The notes under the pieces were generated by a model. It did not search any database, was not told the origin of the DNA, and worked only from the letters and a program-made list of their open reading frames with translations. Shown here piece by piece: positions 63,733 through 64,000 of a stretch of DNA of 64,000 nucleotides. This DNA is from Minisyncoccota bacterium. Its GTDB lineage: Bacteria > Patescibacteriota > Minisyncoccia > Phycocordibacterales > UBA9973. The stretch covers positions 28,976-92,975 of the forward strand of contig JBAZRK010000001.1 of NCBI GenBank assembly GCA_041663005.1, read 5' to 3'. Position 1 is the first letter of the stretch, and each line of letters opens with the position of its first letter. A program made the position numbers and the translations under genes.

Positions 63733-64000
63733 TGGAAATTAAAATTTTTTATTCGAAAGATTGGTCGTTCGACCCTGCTCACGGTAAAACAGACTATGAA
63801 CTCGTAGACACCGGGGAAGGAGAAAAGTTGGAGCGATTTGGGCAGTACACATTTGTTCGACCGTTCGAGGACGCTGTCTGGCCCAAGACTCTACCAAAAA
63901 AAGATTGGGAAAAAGCCAATGGAAAATTTTGGAGTTCAAAACAGGGGGCAAAAGCAGGTTGGACCTTTTCCAATAAAATAACAGAAAAATGGGAAATGTC
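63733..64000 (+). CDS. 5' part of a probable class I SAM-dependent rRNA methyltransferase (RlmI/RlmK-like PUA-type N-terminus); truncated by window end
   Basis: Open to window edge; ELVDTGEGEKLERFGQYTFVRP resembles the ..SDGLPG..IDRFGNFLVLQ region of RlmI; weak. Confidence 0.35.

Noticed and set aside
1-64000. CRISPR arrays, IS elements/transposases, rRNA genes
   Set aside because: No regularly spaced direct repeats, no transposase-like ORFs (DDE/HUH motifs) and no rRNA-like conserved blocks were seen in any intergenic region.

Overview
Dense, mostly housekeeping window from a small-genome bacterium with mixed GC, using the standard genetic code as far as the ORFs show. Native genes are about 40-50% GC; one island is about 30% GC. 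The split transketolase, three GH130 modules, a lamin-tail-domain protein, LPXTG and other surface proteins, and weak Shine-Dalgarno usage suggest Patescibacteria/CPR, but that is inference only.

Confident content:
- 5'-truncated speA (arginine decarboxylase).
- A type A RNase P RNA (rnpB).
- tRNA-Ala(UGC) on the minus strand and tRNA-Asn(GUU) on the plus strand.
- Translation and replication genes: dnaE, gap, hisS, def, fmt, lepB, pth, hpf, ychF.
- A pentose-phosphate block: rpiB, inositol monophosphatase, rpe, split tkt N/C, a PfkB-family kinase.
- glmS, the tdh-kbl threonine degradation pair, and a glutamine synthetase family gene.
- A CsoR-regulated copper operon (csoR, copA, HMA-fused permease, cupredoxin-like protein).

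Accessory content:
- An AT-rich integrative island of about 9 kb (7942 to about 17110) inserted at the 3' end of tRNA-Asn. It carries a large serine recombinase, a type I RM with only M and S subunits (the HsdM has an extra N-terminal HsdR-N-like domain), an excisionase-like HTH, a Rep-like protein, a 531-aa unknown protein and a DUF3800 protein.
- Three paralogous membrane proteins sharing a conserved roughly 40-aa N-terminal cytoplasmic module. Two are tandem with Cys-rich ectodomains ending in FSKMDVSCQ; the third carries a LamG-like domain.
- A mannoside-salvage locus: RfaE-II-like nucleotidyltransferase, eukaryotic-type phosphomannomutase, cupin mannose-6-phosphate isomerase, and three GH130 modules, one with a Lys-rich N-terminal tail.
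- A cluster of surface proteins: an LPVTG sortase-type Gly/Ser-rich protein, a beta-helix protein with a peptidoglycan-binding domain, a CAP-domain protein, a LamG-like protein and a lamin-tail-domain protein.
- A TrpR-like gene flanked by 27-nt palindromic repeats, next to an anomalous GC-rich 260-bp segment.

No CRISPR array, IS element or transposase was recognised.
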